Assembly (NCBI GenBank): GCA_035084275.1 | Contig: CM068743.1 | Coordinates: forward strand, 52,204,001 to 52,268,000 | Origin: Hydrolagus colliei | Lineage: Eukaryota | Length of the DNA: 64,000 bases | Direction of reading: 5' to 3' | Shown: positions 37,115 through 48,180 of the stretch, in pieces | Position numbering within the stretch: the first letter of the stretch is position 1 | Layout: every line of letters begins with the position of its first letter | Translations under genes and position numbers: made by a program | The notes under the pieces: model-generated | What the model saw: the letters and a program-made list of their open reading frames with translations, nothing else | The model's database searches: none | What the model was told of the DNA's origin: nothing

Positions 37115-37525
37115 CCATAGGATAGTGATTAACTCACTCACCTCACAAGCAAGAGGACCTGGGTTCAATTACTGGACAGGGTGAAATCTTAGGTAAGTGT
37201 TTTACTCCACATGCTTCTGTTTACCAAGCAGTAAGTAGAAATCTGGTTGTTAATTCTTTGGTGGATCGCTTTCTCGGAGTACTAATCGCTCAGAAAAAAA
37301 AATGGTCACTCAATCCATGACTGTTTGTGAGACATAATTGTTCGCCGCATTTCGGCCATGGAACACACAGTCACTACTACACTTTACAGTATATTCTGTG
37401 GAGTGCTTTGAAACGTTTCAACATTGTGATATTATTATAATAATTATTATTATAAATTATTATTAAGGATTAATAATAATTATTATTAATAATTATTAAG
37501 GATTATTATTATAATTATTATTATG
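37115..37525 (+). mobile_element. tRNA-derived SINE (long variant) with an expanded AT-rich tail
   Basis: Head ctcactcacctcacaagcaagaggacctgggttcaatt. Tail 37428-37525 is scrambled (TAT/TAA)n containing aaggatta twice. Confidence 0.85.
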
Positions 37526-37924
37526 TATGATGTGACCAGGAAGAGTTTGAGACAAAATGAACAGTAGTTAATGCACAGCATTATACAGAAATTATAGGAT
37601 TTTAAGAATACTTAAATTAAGACAGAATACAAGACAGAAAGTAATAATTAAAGTATACAATACAAATTTACAGTTTCACATCAGGACAACATACTGAAAT
37701 TGCATTTCACCAGAAGATTTAATGTTCCTAACCATTTAAAATTGTTATGGTTTATTCCTTCTTCATTTAAAATTGTGCTTTTAGAGATTCAGCAGCCTTC
37801 AGGATTAAGAATACTGGTTGCATTCAATAAAGGCAAACAGTTTTCCTGATCATAACATTAACTTTGCAGCATAGGTGGAGGCAATTCTATGCCATTATTT
37901 CTCATTATTGTATGGTATTCAGCT

Positions 37925-38240
37925 ATTCAGTGGGCTTCGGTCTGCTCCATGTCTCCTACCTGACCCGACCTACCATTGGTTGCTGGAATTTCAGCCTCTC
38001 TGCCCCCACACTCTGGAATTCCATCCCACAGCCCCTTCACCTCGCTTCCTCTCTTGCCTGATTCAAGGCCAGTCTCAAGACCCTTCTTTTCAACCGTGCC
38101 TTCTCCTGCTCTCCCACCTATCTCCATCCCCTACCCACTATCCTGGCCCTCCCCCATGCTCGGGTTCAGACCCCTGACTGTTCAGTGCCTTGATCCTCCC
38201 AATGTGAAGAGTGTTCTATAAATGCAATTTTGTTGTTGTT
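37925..38240 (+). mobile_element. L2 3' fragment (subfamily A)
   Basis: GLLHVSYLTRPTIGCWNFSLSAPTLWNSIPQPLHLASSLA; tail aaatgcaattttgttgttgtt. Confidence 0.9.
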
Positions 38241-38477
38241 ATGGATTTTATCATAAATGAGTTTAAAGAATATTGCTTATTGCAATACAATACTATGGAT
38301 TCTTCCTTGAGGTGAAGAGTTTTTTCCTAGTGAATATACGCATGAAGGCAATTAAGGTTGTTGAACTAGCAGCAATGTGATGTTGTAAACGTAAAACTTG
38401 TATGATCCATTGCCAGATTGCATGACTTTCCAGATTGAGCAATATTTACTATGGTTTAATTTTTTAAAAACATTTAT

Positions 38478-38586
38478 TTTGTTTATTTTTTGCCCACAAA
38501 TATACAGTCAATTCACTTTACAGTATATTCTGTGAAGCGCTTTGGGACATCTGGGAGACGTGAAAAGCGCTATATCAAATGCAAGG

Positions 38587-38615
<29 letters not shown>
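38478..38615 (+). mobile_element. SINE 3' fragment with a long (ATT)n tail
   Basis: Near-consensus tail gtgaagcgctttgggac...gtgaaaagcgctatatcaaatgcaagg(att)n. Confidence 0.88.
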
Positions 38616-38617
<2 letters not shown>

Positions 38618-39049
38618 CTTCAGAAATGAGTGCTTCTTGAGAAAGGTAACACAGATAATGTACATTGATTGACCAGGATAGAATACTGACTTTTCTAACA
38701 TGTTTTAAGTATTTAAGGGGTAGTTTTAGGCCACAATCTGGTGACAAGGTGCAAATTTGTCCCTCTCCCCACTTGGGTTTACATGATTTTTAGATCTCGA
38801 GTCCGGAGACATAGTGGTGCTAAGCCAGCAAGATTATAAGAATAACATCATAACTGAATGGCCTGGCGAGAGACAGAACTCTCCAGAAACCAGAGGGTGC
38901 TCAATCCCAATTCCCCGTGGACAAAAATGACTGCTATTTCTGTGATGCTTGTCACTGGTCAAAATTCTAGCGCCTCTAGTAGCCCCGATTTGACAGTTGT
39001 CTGTTCACTGTTGTTGACATCAAGTTTCAGTGAAATAGATAAAATAGAC

Positions 39050-39250
39050 TTAACCCCCACCTACTCCCACCAGCCTCTCCTATCTCTTCTCCTCACCTCC
39101 CGTCACCTTCCATCCTCATCCCCATCTCCTTTCCCCATCTCACTGCGTCCCTTCTTTCCCCACAATCTCCTCTCTTCACCACCCACCCTTATTATTCTAT
39201 TCTCTGCTCCCACAACAGCCCTCTTCCCTCCACCTTGCCCTTTCTGCCCA
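39050..39250. repeat. C/T-rich low-complexity tract
   Basis: About 200 bp, almost all pyrimidines on the + strand. Confidence 0.7.
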
Positions 39251-39812
39251 GACAAGAATAAACCCTCAGATGTCCTAATAGACACCAGTCTAGAATAATA
39301 GACAGAATCAGTTCCGAACATGTGTCTTTAATATAGAACTATTTCAGCAATTAGGTTAAACTGGAACCTGATTATACAGGTGTTGTCTTAAATATCTATA
39401 CACAAATTGTGCACGGCATGGCTTTCCAAACATATCCCACATACTTCTGTACGTCTTAGTGCTGGACCTGCACTTTAGCTTTTATCTTCTCTAAATTCAA
39501 TGAGATTTGAAAATGAGGCCAGTAAACCTCCATTGCCACTTACCCCAGCAGAGGTGCAAAGACTGTATGATTACTAACATCTGTCCATGTATCTTTGAAA
39601 GAATGTGTAATTGTACCGTTTATAGTAAGTAACAAATGTCAGTTATAAATAGCTACCACAAGGATAAGTTGGCTGCAACCCTAAGGACTGAAGATGTCTT
39701 TCATACATCTAAGCATTTATTTATATCGTTGTCATCTTTAAAGCTGCTGTGTCCCTAGTCATGGGCCTAGCCAGGCTGTATTTCAAGATATTGAATGACC
39801 TGATTGCATTAA

Positions 39813-40002
39813 TGGAGTTCTGTAGTTTGGTGGTTATTGTGCTTGCCTTGCAAGTAAAAGGACCTTGTTTCGATTCCCGGGCAAGGCAGAACTTTGGACA
39901 AGTTTCCTTCCTCCACATGCCTCTGTTTACCTGTCAGTAAGTAGGAATTTGTTTGTTAGTCGATTGTCAGGTGGCTTTTCTGGGGGTAATAATCCCTTCA
40001 AC
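39813..40002 (+). mobile_element. SINE 5' half (long variant)
   Basis: ggagttctgtagtttggtggtt...tttcgattcccgggcaaggc...gcctctgtttacctgtcagtaagtagg. Confidence 0.85.
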
Positions 40003-41321
40003 AAAACTGAAGAAGATTGAAATACTAAAGATTTTCTCTTCTGGAATCTAATTGAAAGAAAAAACAGTACCTATACTTTGATTCCTATGTACTTTTCATT
40101 CCTTTGATTTCTATTCCTGGATTAGAACCATAGAAAACCATTGAATGATAGAAATTTACAACACAGTTGGCAATTTCTCTGTGGTGACTTTCAAAGTGCA
40201 ATCCTTTCAGTCCTATTTATCTGTCTTTTCCCCATAGCCTATAGTTTACTCCTCTTTAAATATTTATTCAATGCAAAATCCTAGCATAGCATTCCAAACT
40301 CTAACCATTCTGTGAGAAAAATGAATTCTGGTCACTGACTCACTTTTGAAAGCTGCTTTTGGTTAACTCAATTTGGCTACATTTACACAATTTCTTTAAT
40401 CAACCTGGATTTTCTTGGTCAGCTGAGTAACTGGCATATAAAAACTTGCTGGCCTGCTTAAGAGTATCTAAACAGGATTTCTGAGAGTTCAACAAATTGA
40501 TGGAAATTTCTTTTTGTGTGGGATGGAATGTTTCCTCGTTCTCCAGAGAGACACTTTTTGCCCGCCTACCCAATTCTGGACAGTTCAGGCACACTCTTTG
40601 AAAGTGTCAAGATTTAGAGACTGTTTAAGTGTACTGCTGGAGTCCAACTGAAACTACACAACTTGCCCTTACATACACTGACTGGAAAGCTTTCTCCTAT
40701 TTGTCCAGCTACACCAGCTTTGACATGCATGGTTAATGTAGCAAAGTGAGAAGAATCCCCGATTCCAGTGAATGGTCTTCTCTTTCAAACCTTACTAAAG
40801 AGCCAAGTCTCTCATCAACAGTGCTTTGAAGCCTGGCTTGGGAAATACTGAAACCTTTATTCTGATCTTCCATTGCTTGGAATGTCACCATGGAACCAAC
40901 TCAGCTCTAAACAGATACCTGTATACCGCAGCCCCCTCTACCTGAATCCACTGAGTTACCCTCAATATTGAGCTAATTCAAGCTCATTAAATCCTAGACT
41001 CTCAATCACCTGTTAACCATATTCTCATCTCCAACTTCTACCCACAATATATGATCTGCTCTTAGTCTCAGAACAGTGAGGCAGGTGGTCCCAGAGTTTG
41101 AGTTCCATCACGGATAAGTCCTAATGACCCATCCCAGACTCTGAGTCCTATGAGAGAGAATAACCAGCCTGCACTGTTTGCTAGTAATGGAATCAGCGTG
41201 GTTTCACTCTTCAAAGCTTTGCATTGTTTTGCAATGTGTAAGTTTGCTTCAGTAGGCAACTGCTGCTACAGTGTTGACATCAGAGACTGTAAGATAATTT
41301 ACGGTGCTCTAGCACTAACAC

Positions 41322-42100
41322 GGGGATGATTTTCATAAAGCTGCCAGACTGTGGAATGTTATGGCATGAACCAGATGTGAGTGCAGCACTTACAAATGGA
41401 GATTTGTGGTGGGTAATTTGCAGAATATGATGTGATAATTATCACTAGGGTTTAGCCCCAAGCCAGCAGTTAAAATGCAAGACAAAAACAGGCAAAAGCT
41501 TCTGCGCTTGTGAGAACTATTGTCAGTGTTATTATGACGATACATGAAATTCTCAAATATTGCAAATTCATATCGATGGCCATACCACTAAACGTCCTCA
41601 TGATGGAGATGATGTGCTTGAGAGCACGTGAGAGTGTGGGTGACAGTGCATGTGAGAAACAGCAGCGCCGATCAGTGTACACAGAATCCTGCGGATACTT
41701 GTCCAGCACAGAAGATGCACTTACCTTGACATGTCGGAGGGATTTTGCCTCAGTTACTCAGGCTAACAAGGGAGCAAGAACAAGATTGAACAAAACCCTT
41801 CAGATTAGGTTCATTACTCGTCCACCACCATCTGTGGCTGTCATTGTAACTTTAGCTTTCAACTTTTACCCATCTGGAAGCTTTCAGGCCTCCGTGGGAG
41901 ATATCTTTGGGGTCTGTCAGGTCTGCGTCTTGAACATTACCAGTAAAGTGACAGAGCCTATTTTCCCCAAAGGCTTCACGTTTTACTGTGTTTGACAACA
42001 GTGGGAAGCAGCAGCTGCTCAGATGGTTACACTTCTCACCAATCTCAATGCTTCTGGCAATGCAGTATATCACTGCCTCTATTTGTGAGGCTAGGAGGGG
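41322..42100 (+). mobile_element. PIF/Harbinger DNA transposon relic with a frameshifted transposase N-terminal region
   Basis: RRCTYLDMSEGFCL (41710-41751), frameshifted LRLTREQ, then PSVAVIVTLAFNFYPSGSFQASVGDIFGVCQ..ITSKVTEPIF, which fits the HARBI1/Harbinger HTH region (AL.F.A.GSFQ..GD..G.SQ). Possible left TIR ggggatgattttca at ~41323. Confidence 0.8.
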
Positions 42101-42329
42101 TCCATTAGAAAGCCACTATTATATTATCACCTGTGAATGTTGAAAAATGTGGCCAGTTGATATGTTACTTTATACACAGGTGTGACCCCCACCACCCCCA
42201 TCACCCTCCACCCCCAATGTTGCCACAATGAATAGAGAAATGTTGGCTTGTGGAGTGTGGCATTTAAGCAAACTAAGCGTAAAACATCAAATCATGCCAG
42301 CATTCCTCAAACCAGCACTGCAATACTCC

Positions 42330-42482
42330 AGGGGTTGATAGTTTTCTTTTAGAAAATAACATTATGGAATATAGTACACAGGTAGTTTGGGACATATGTG
42401 CATTGCGACCGCCAGGAAAGTGGAAGGTGAGCTAGATGGACCTTGGTCTTTTTTTTTGTCTAGCATTTCTTATGTTCTTAAT
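42330..42482 (+). mobile_element. CR1 3' tail
   Basis: gagctagatggaccttggtcttttttttgtctagcatttcttatgttctta. Confidence 0.6.
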
Positions 42483-44024
42483 GTGTGCTGTGACCAGCTT
42501 AGGGATCAATTGTTGTGACACAGGGTGGAGGGGAGGAGGTTAATTAAGATATGAAGTAGCAGCGCTACTTCACCTGGTGTAAATATCTTACAGGTCATAA
42601 CTTTAACTGTATCATTTCACTCCATCGGCGTGGGAGTGAGTGGTGATCCAGAACGCAGCTGTAGATATAGCTGCTAGTGCCATACTCTCACTGGCACTCT
42701 GCAAGGCTGACACCTCACTCTGCTGAAAATCCTTATGATGGAGATGGTAACAGTGCTCTATATGAGAAAGCACTGTTACATTATGACCAGTGATTGTTGA
42801 AAATTATAGCCTGTAGATATCATAATTAAGGCGTGAGACAAGACCCTCTTTCCCTAGAGCTATCTCTGCTGCTTTCACTGGTTGGTGAATCAGTGATTAG
42901 ACAGCAACAAGTTCGGATAGTTATCAAAGAAGCAAAGGGGGAGATTAGTAGGAGGACTGATCTTCTGTGCTATAAAGTTTTATAGTTTTCTGTAGCCCCT
43001 TCCACAGCTTTACCCTATCCCTAACATTTCCTCACTCCCTGTACTTTCTCAGCCATAAATATCGTAATCATTTGATTTTATTAGTTTATCAGTACTTTTA
43101 ATCAGCAGTCCATGGCACAATCAGGTGAAACGTATTCTGTTTAATGGTTACTTGCCATTTGCTATCATTCACATGATACATACAATGTCATTATACAGAA
43201 ATACAACAAAAACAACAACTTGCATTTATATAGTGCCCTCCACACTGGGTAGCGTCTCAGAGTGTCTCAGAGCATCACAGAGATGCTCGTACCAAGTGTT
43301 TGTTTACTCAAAATAAAGGCAAATACTAAAACTATAGTATTCTAAGGGACGTATACAGAGGTGAGAGCAAACCTTAGTGGACCACAGACATTACAGCTGA
43401 GACCAGACACCAACATTGTACTAGAGTAACAGAGATGTTCTTTTTTGTTGACTGGACCTAAAAGGAAGGAGATATAAAAGAGAGGATGCAGGAACATAAA
43501 ACCAGGCAAAAAAAGATAAAAACAAACCATACAATTATTTTAAAATCTTATAAATCGTGTTTAGAATTTTTTAAAAATCTTCCTCTCAGTCTTTTACATG
43601 ATTATTTTTTGAATAAGAGATAATCTAGCTGGCGCCATGATATGATCTACAGCCAGAGTGGATTTGTTTGAGCAGTTTCCAATTGATGCCGTTACTTTTG
43701 TGCCCAGACGTTAGCTTGTCCTGTTGGACTAAAATATGGAGCAAATGACCAACCTGTTTTCTGTTTATGTCATGGATATAAGCACAACATATCTTTTGAA
43801 AATCAAAAAAGCTGATAAGAACCAGCAAGCAGATATTAACAATGTTTAATACTTCCACTCACAGCTGGAAAATCATGGTTTGTTTTGTAACATCATTGGA
43901 AATGAGGGTTGCAGATGAAACCAGTAGTGCAAACTCGCCTGCCCATAAATGGAGTGAAACTAGTGCATTGGACATGCTGTATGATGTGTGCTGTCTGATG
44001 GCTGCACAATGCAACTCATGGTAT

Positions 44025-44157
44025 TGATTAGTGCACTCGCCTCGTAATCAATAGTCCCTGGGTTCCATTCCCAGTTAGGCAAGTTAGGCAAGTTTCCTTA
44101 CTCCATGCGCCATTGTTTATCTAGCGGTAAGTAGGAACCCGGTTGTTAGTCCAATCA
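44025..44157 (+). mobile_element. SINE 5' half (long variant)
   Basis: gcactcgcctcgtaa...ctgggttccattccc...ggcaagtttccttactcca...agtaggaacccggttgttagtc. Confidence 0.8.
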
Positions 44158-44183
44158 ATAAAACATATAATAAAAAGTAGTGA

Positions 44184-44389
44184 AAATGCAAAATACTACA
44201 GATGCTGGGAATCTGAAACAAAAACAGAAGTTGCTGGAGAAACTCAGCAGGTCAGGCAGCATCCATGGAGAAAGGAAAAAGAGTCAACGTTTCGGGGCTA
44301 CAACCCTTTGTCACTTCTGACGAAGGGTTGTCGCCCCGAAATGATGCTGCCTGACCTGCTGAGTTTCCCCAGCAACTTCTGTTTTAGTT
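44184..44389. mobile_element. Short palindromic Penelope-type retroelement with a 16-bp TSD and hammerhead-like cores
   Basis: The arms aaaacagaagttgctgg.gaaactcagcaggtcaggcagcatc and gatgctgcctgacctgctgagtttc.ccagcaacttctgtttt are inverted. taataaaaagtagtga is duplicated at 44168-44183 and 44390-44405. CTGACGA..GAAA at 44317-44341. Confidence 0.8.
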
Positions 44390-46784
44390 TAATAAAAAGT
44401 AGTGACTGCTAGAATCACACCTATTTGTCCTACAGAAGGCACATGGGCTGATAACACTTTTCTCAGGATTATTGAAATGTAATTAGTGCTTTGTTGCCAG
44501 TAAAAATGCCTTATGGTGTGAACTGTGTTTTCACAGTGCCTCACAGTGTGAATTGCGAGGTGGGAGGGAGCCGAGGTTTTGCAAGACAGCATCAAGTACT
44601 GGGTGGTTCCTTCAGTAGGGATTGCATCCCGAGGTACTTTTTCCAGCAGAGAGGCACCAGTTACACTGCAACTGTCTTGGGGTAGAGCTTTTTGAATCTC
44701 TATGTTCCTTCTATAGGAGGCAATGCAATAGATTTAGCAGTTACTCCTTTCTATTATATAGCTGGAGTTTCCCACAGCTGGATTCCAGTAATGCTACTGA
44801 TTTCCTCAGGAGAGTTTCTTCAACCCCAATTTAGTGACATGTACATAGCTCAGGCAGTCTATGTATATTTGGCTTATATTTATTCAATGGGATCAATTGC
44901 GTAAAAGGATCATATTTACCTGCTACAAGGACATTCCTGTTAACGGGCTTTTACTCTACTCTTATTGCATATCTTATGTCCACCAGCTCCATTTAGCTTT
45001 TTCTTCAAACCATTTATTACAGCTGCCTTTACATTGAGGAAGCATTTTGTACTCATTGTTAAACATAAACTCATGCAATTATCAGGAGATAAGTGGACTG
45101 CTTTCTAGATTTGGTCATGTGCCTACATTCTTCATAAAATGGTTCACCTGATCTTAATCCGAAATGCTTGATTTTTATCAGTCATTCATATTTTCCTGGC
45201 ACCGGTTCCATTTCTGTGGATTCTGTGCAACATCTGGAACATCTGTGACACCTGGTATCAATTATGGTTGGAGGAAGTGGTGGCAGACAAGAAGATTTTT
45301 GACGCTTATGTTGGTCACACAGTCAATTCCCAGTAAAAATGTTTTACGTGTGATGACCTGTGACAGGATCCATAGGGTTTTCTTTGGCGATGAAAAAAAT
45401 TGCTCTCATAGGTGATTGAAAGAGTGTTATTACATTTACCACAATAGGTCAAAGGAAAGAGTTTTAATCCAAACAGTTGCAGCACGGAGAAACAATTTCA
45501 ACTACAATCGTAGCTCTTATTTTATGAGGGACTCAGTGCTTGGTCTGGATCTTGGGTCATGCTGAATGTCATCTGTGGAGGCCAGTTGGATAAAGTTGAG
45601 TAGGGGACAGTTTGGGATGGATAGATACTTCCACGATTCTGCTTAATTGTCTTTGCTGATCACAGCCTAACTGCAGAAATGTTTGCACAGCTCAGTGGCA
45701 TAAGTCAAACAGTTGAACTTGTTCGCCACCAATCAGGTATCAATGTTGGCTCTTGAATACATTTGGTCACTAAAGTGGATTGTGAGTTTCCAGAGCAAGA
45801 ATATTTGTAGTGAGTGAAACAATCGGAGTAAATGAGATGGAATGTACGATCAGCTAGATTTTATGTGGTGAGTTTTATGAGTACAGTAGCTTGACAGGCT
45901 CTGTGGCCTTTTCAAGCACCGTGATTTCTTATTTTCTTAAATAAAAAAGGTGTGAAAAAGGAATGAATAAACTAAACAGAGCTTGTGTAACACAAGGTTG
46001 GAATCCTTCAGAGAATGTTTCAAGCTGAATACTGAATTTTTGGCTGAATGCTCTTGTTCCCTGCTCCTCAATATTGGGGATTTGCTGGAGTATTTTTCCT
46101 TTGCAAGTGTGGTAGGTGTCTTATTAAATCATAGTGTTTGGTAGAAATAAATTATCTACAATAAAACTTTATATACTTACTTTACCACAACTGCCTCCAC
46201 ATGTCTTTCAGTATTGCATCTCCATTAAAGAAGCACAGCTGCACACTTCATTATAACTACTGAAGTGTTCAAATATTTCCCCCAAATATACCTGTGTAGA
46301 AGTAAATAGAAATCACTTAACTGTTTGAAGCCACACATATACAGCAGAATTGTCTTTTATTTAAAAAGCATGAAAAATGTTTTTCGCCTGTTAATTTGGA
46401 TCTGATGTATTTAAAACATTTTGGTAATAATAATAATCCTTGCAATTTGCTATAATGCTTTTCACATCAGGAGGATGTCTCAAAATGCCTCACAGGGCAA
46501 TTAATTTAATGATAATTTGAAAATTGCAATATCGTTTTGACCTGTGCAGGTAAAATCAAAAAATTGACCGACCCCCAGCTCTGTCATTTCTCTGTAAGAC
46601 TTCTCTATTTACTGCCACACCCCTGCCTTTTCACTATACCTTGTAATTTCTCCTATTGTAATCCATCCTTCTTATGTCAAGAAGTCACTAAAATGTGACT
46701 TCTTGACATAAGAAAATGTCACATTCCAAAGTGTGAGGAATCCACCAAAATCAAGCGATGTCATTGTTTTTCTTTCTTGCCCCA

Positions 46785-46917
46785 GGGAATGCTGTGCAGA
46801 AATTTGGCTGCCATATTTGCCCACAAATTACACACAATCACACCGCTTTACAGTATATTGTGTTAAGCGATTCGACAACGTGATAATGCGCTATATCAAA
46901 TGCCAGGATTATTATTA
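46785..46917 (+). mobile_element. SINE 3' fragment
   Basis: gctgtgcagaaatttggctgcc...gcgctatatcaaatgccaggattatt. Confidence 0.75.
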
Positions 46918-47169
46918 ATGGAGTTTCTCAATCCATTCTAGCTCTCCATCTACTGGGCGAGGTAAGTACTGCGACAATTCACTTCCAAATAAAACATGAG
47001 TGCTGTTGCACTTAAGCACGGTGATGGGTTTCCGCGTATGTCAGCCGCCCGACTGACCACAAAATAAAATGCTGCTGATGCACTGTAAGAATTACGTGGC
47101 ACATGTCGAAATTCAGTTGGAATTTGTTGTGACTCTCAGGTCACTCAAGGGCAGGGAAAACATGATTAG

Positions 47170-47260
47170 AGTGCACAGGTCAGGGTCCGCAGGTTCAGGG
47201 TCCACAGGTTCAGGGTGCACAGGGTCAGAAAGGGCACAAGGTAAGAAAGCGCAGGGATGA
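47170..47260. repeat. 15-bp minisatellite (cagggt(c/g)cacaggtt), about 4-6 decaying units
   Basis: cagggtccgcaggtt cagggtccacaggtt cagggtgcacagggt cag. Confidence 0.8.
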
Positions 47261-48069
47261 ATTGCCTTAGGTCGAGATGCACAGTGCCCTGGATCAGCGC
47301 ACATTAGGGTAATGTGTATTAGATCAGGATGCACTAGGTTAGGATACTTCAGCTGCTTGAAATGATCAGGGTACACAGGGCCAGTTCTGGCTTTTAGATG
47401 AACCTGTCTCACTATAAAACCCCCAAATGATAGCATTTTCATCTGGATCTACCATTGTATGTAACCCCAATCTGGCTCTCCCTCTCCTCCTCCCAAACCA
47501 CCATCATGTTTCATGCAACACATGCTCAGATGTTGCTCTTTTTGTTGGTGTTTGGCACTAATTCCAGAGAAATCAATACCTATTGATGTTGTCCTCCCAG
47601 TGAGGTGTTGAGTTCACACTCAATTCAGTGTGAGCCTGGGTTCAAATTGCTGGTATGTTGCCCACAGCACTATTGTGATTGACAGGCCCAGTTGTCCAAT
47701 ACAAACCAGATTGGCTGTCAACTAGTCAAGTGCTTCGGTTTCTGTGCCCCAGGCAGCTCAAACCTTGTTTAATAACTGAATTTGCTGTCAGTGACTTTCA
47801 TTTTTCTGAACTGCTGGATTTTCAGAGAAGTTTTGATACCCTTTGAACAAGTGTGTATTTCAATAATGCTACATTTTCTTATCAGAACTCCTGTTGCCGA
47901 AACAACAAAACATAACCACAAAATTACATTTGTATAGCGTCTCATGTCGGGAGGACTTAACACCTGTTCAGCTTGGGTGAGACGAGCATTGCAATGTTTA
48001 GTCAGTACCGAACGGGATGGTCTTCAAACACATGTCAACTGAACACCTAAATTAACAATAATCATATTA

Positions 48070-48180
48070 GTAATAATCCTTGTTTTTTGATATAGTGCCT
48101 TAGCATGTATTTGAGATGTTCAAAATACTTCACAGAGTATACTGTAAAGTGAATTGACTGTATATTTTATGGGTGAAAAT
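48070..48180 (-). mobile_element. SINE 3' fragment
   Basis: taataatccttg...cttcacagagtatactgtaaagtgaattgactgtata. Confidence 0.75.

Noticed and set aside
38858-39298. 146-aa ORF
   Set aside because: Stays open because of a stop-poor pyrimidine tract; low-complexity S/P/L translation.
41510-41995. 161-aa ORF as an intact gene or domesticated HARBI1
   Set aside because: Homology covers only the last ~55 aa in this frame, the upstream homology is in other frames, and no catalytic DDE region survives.
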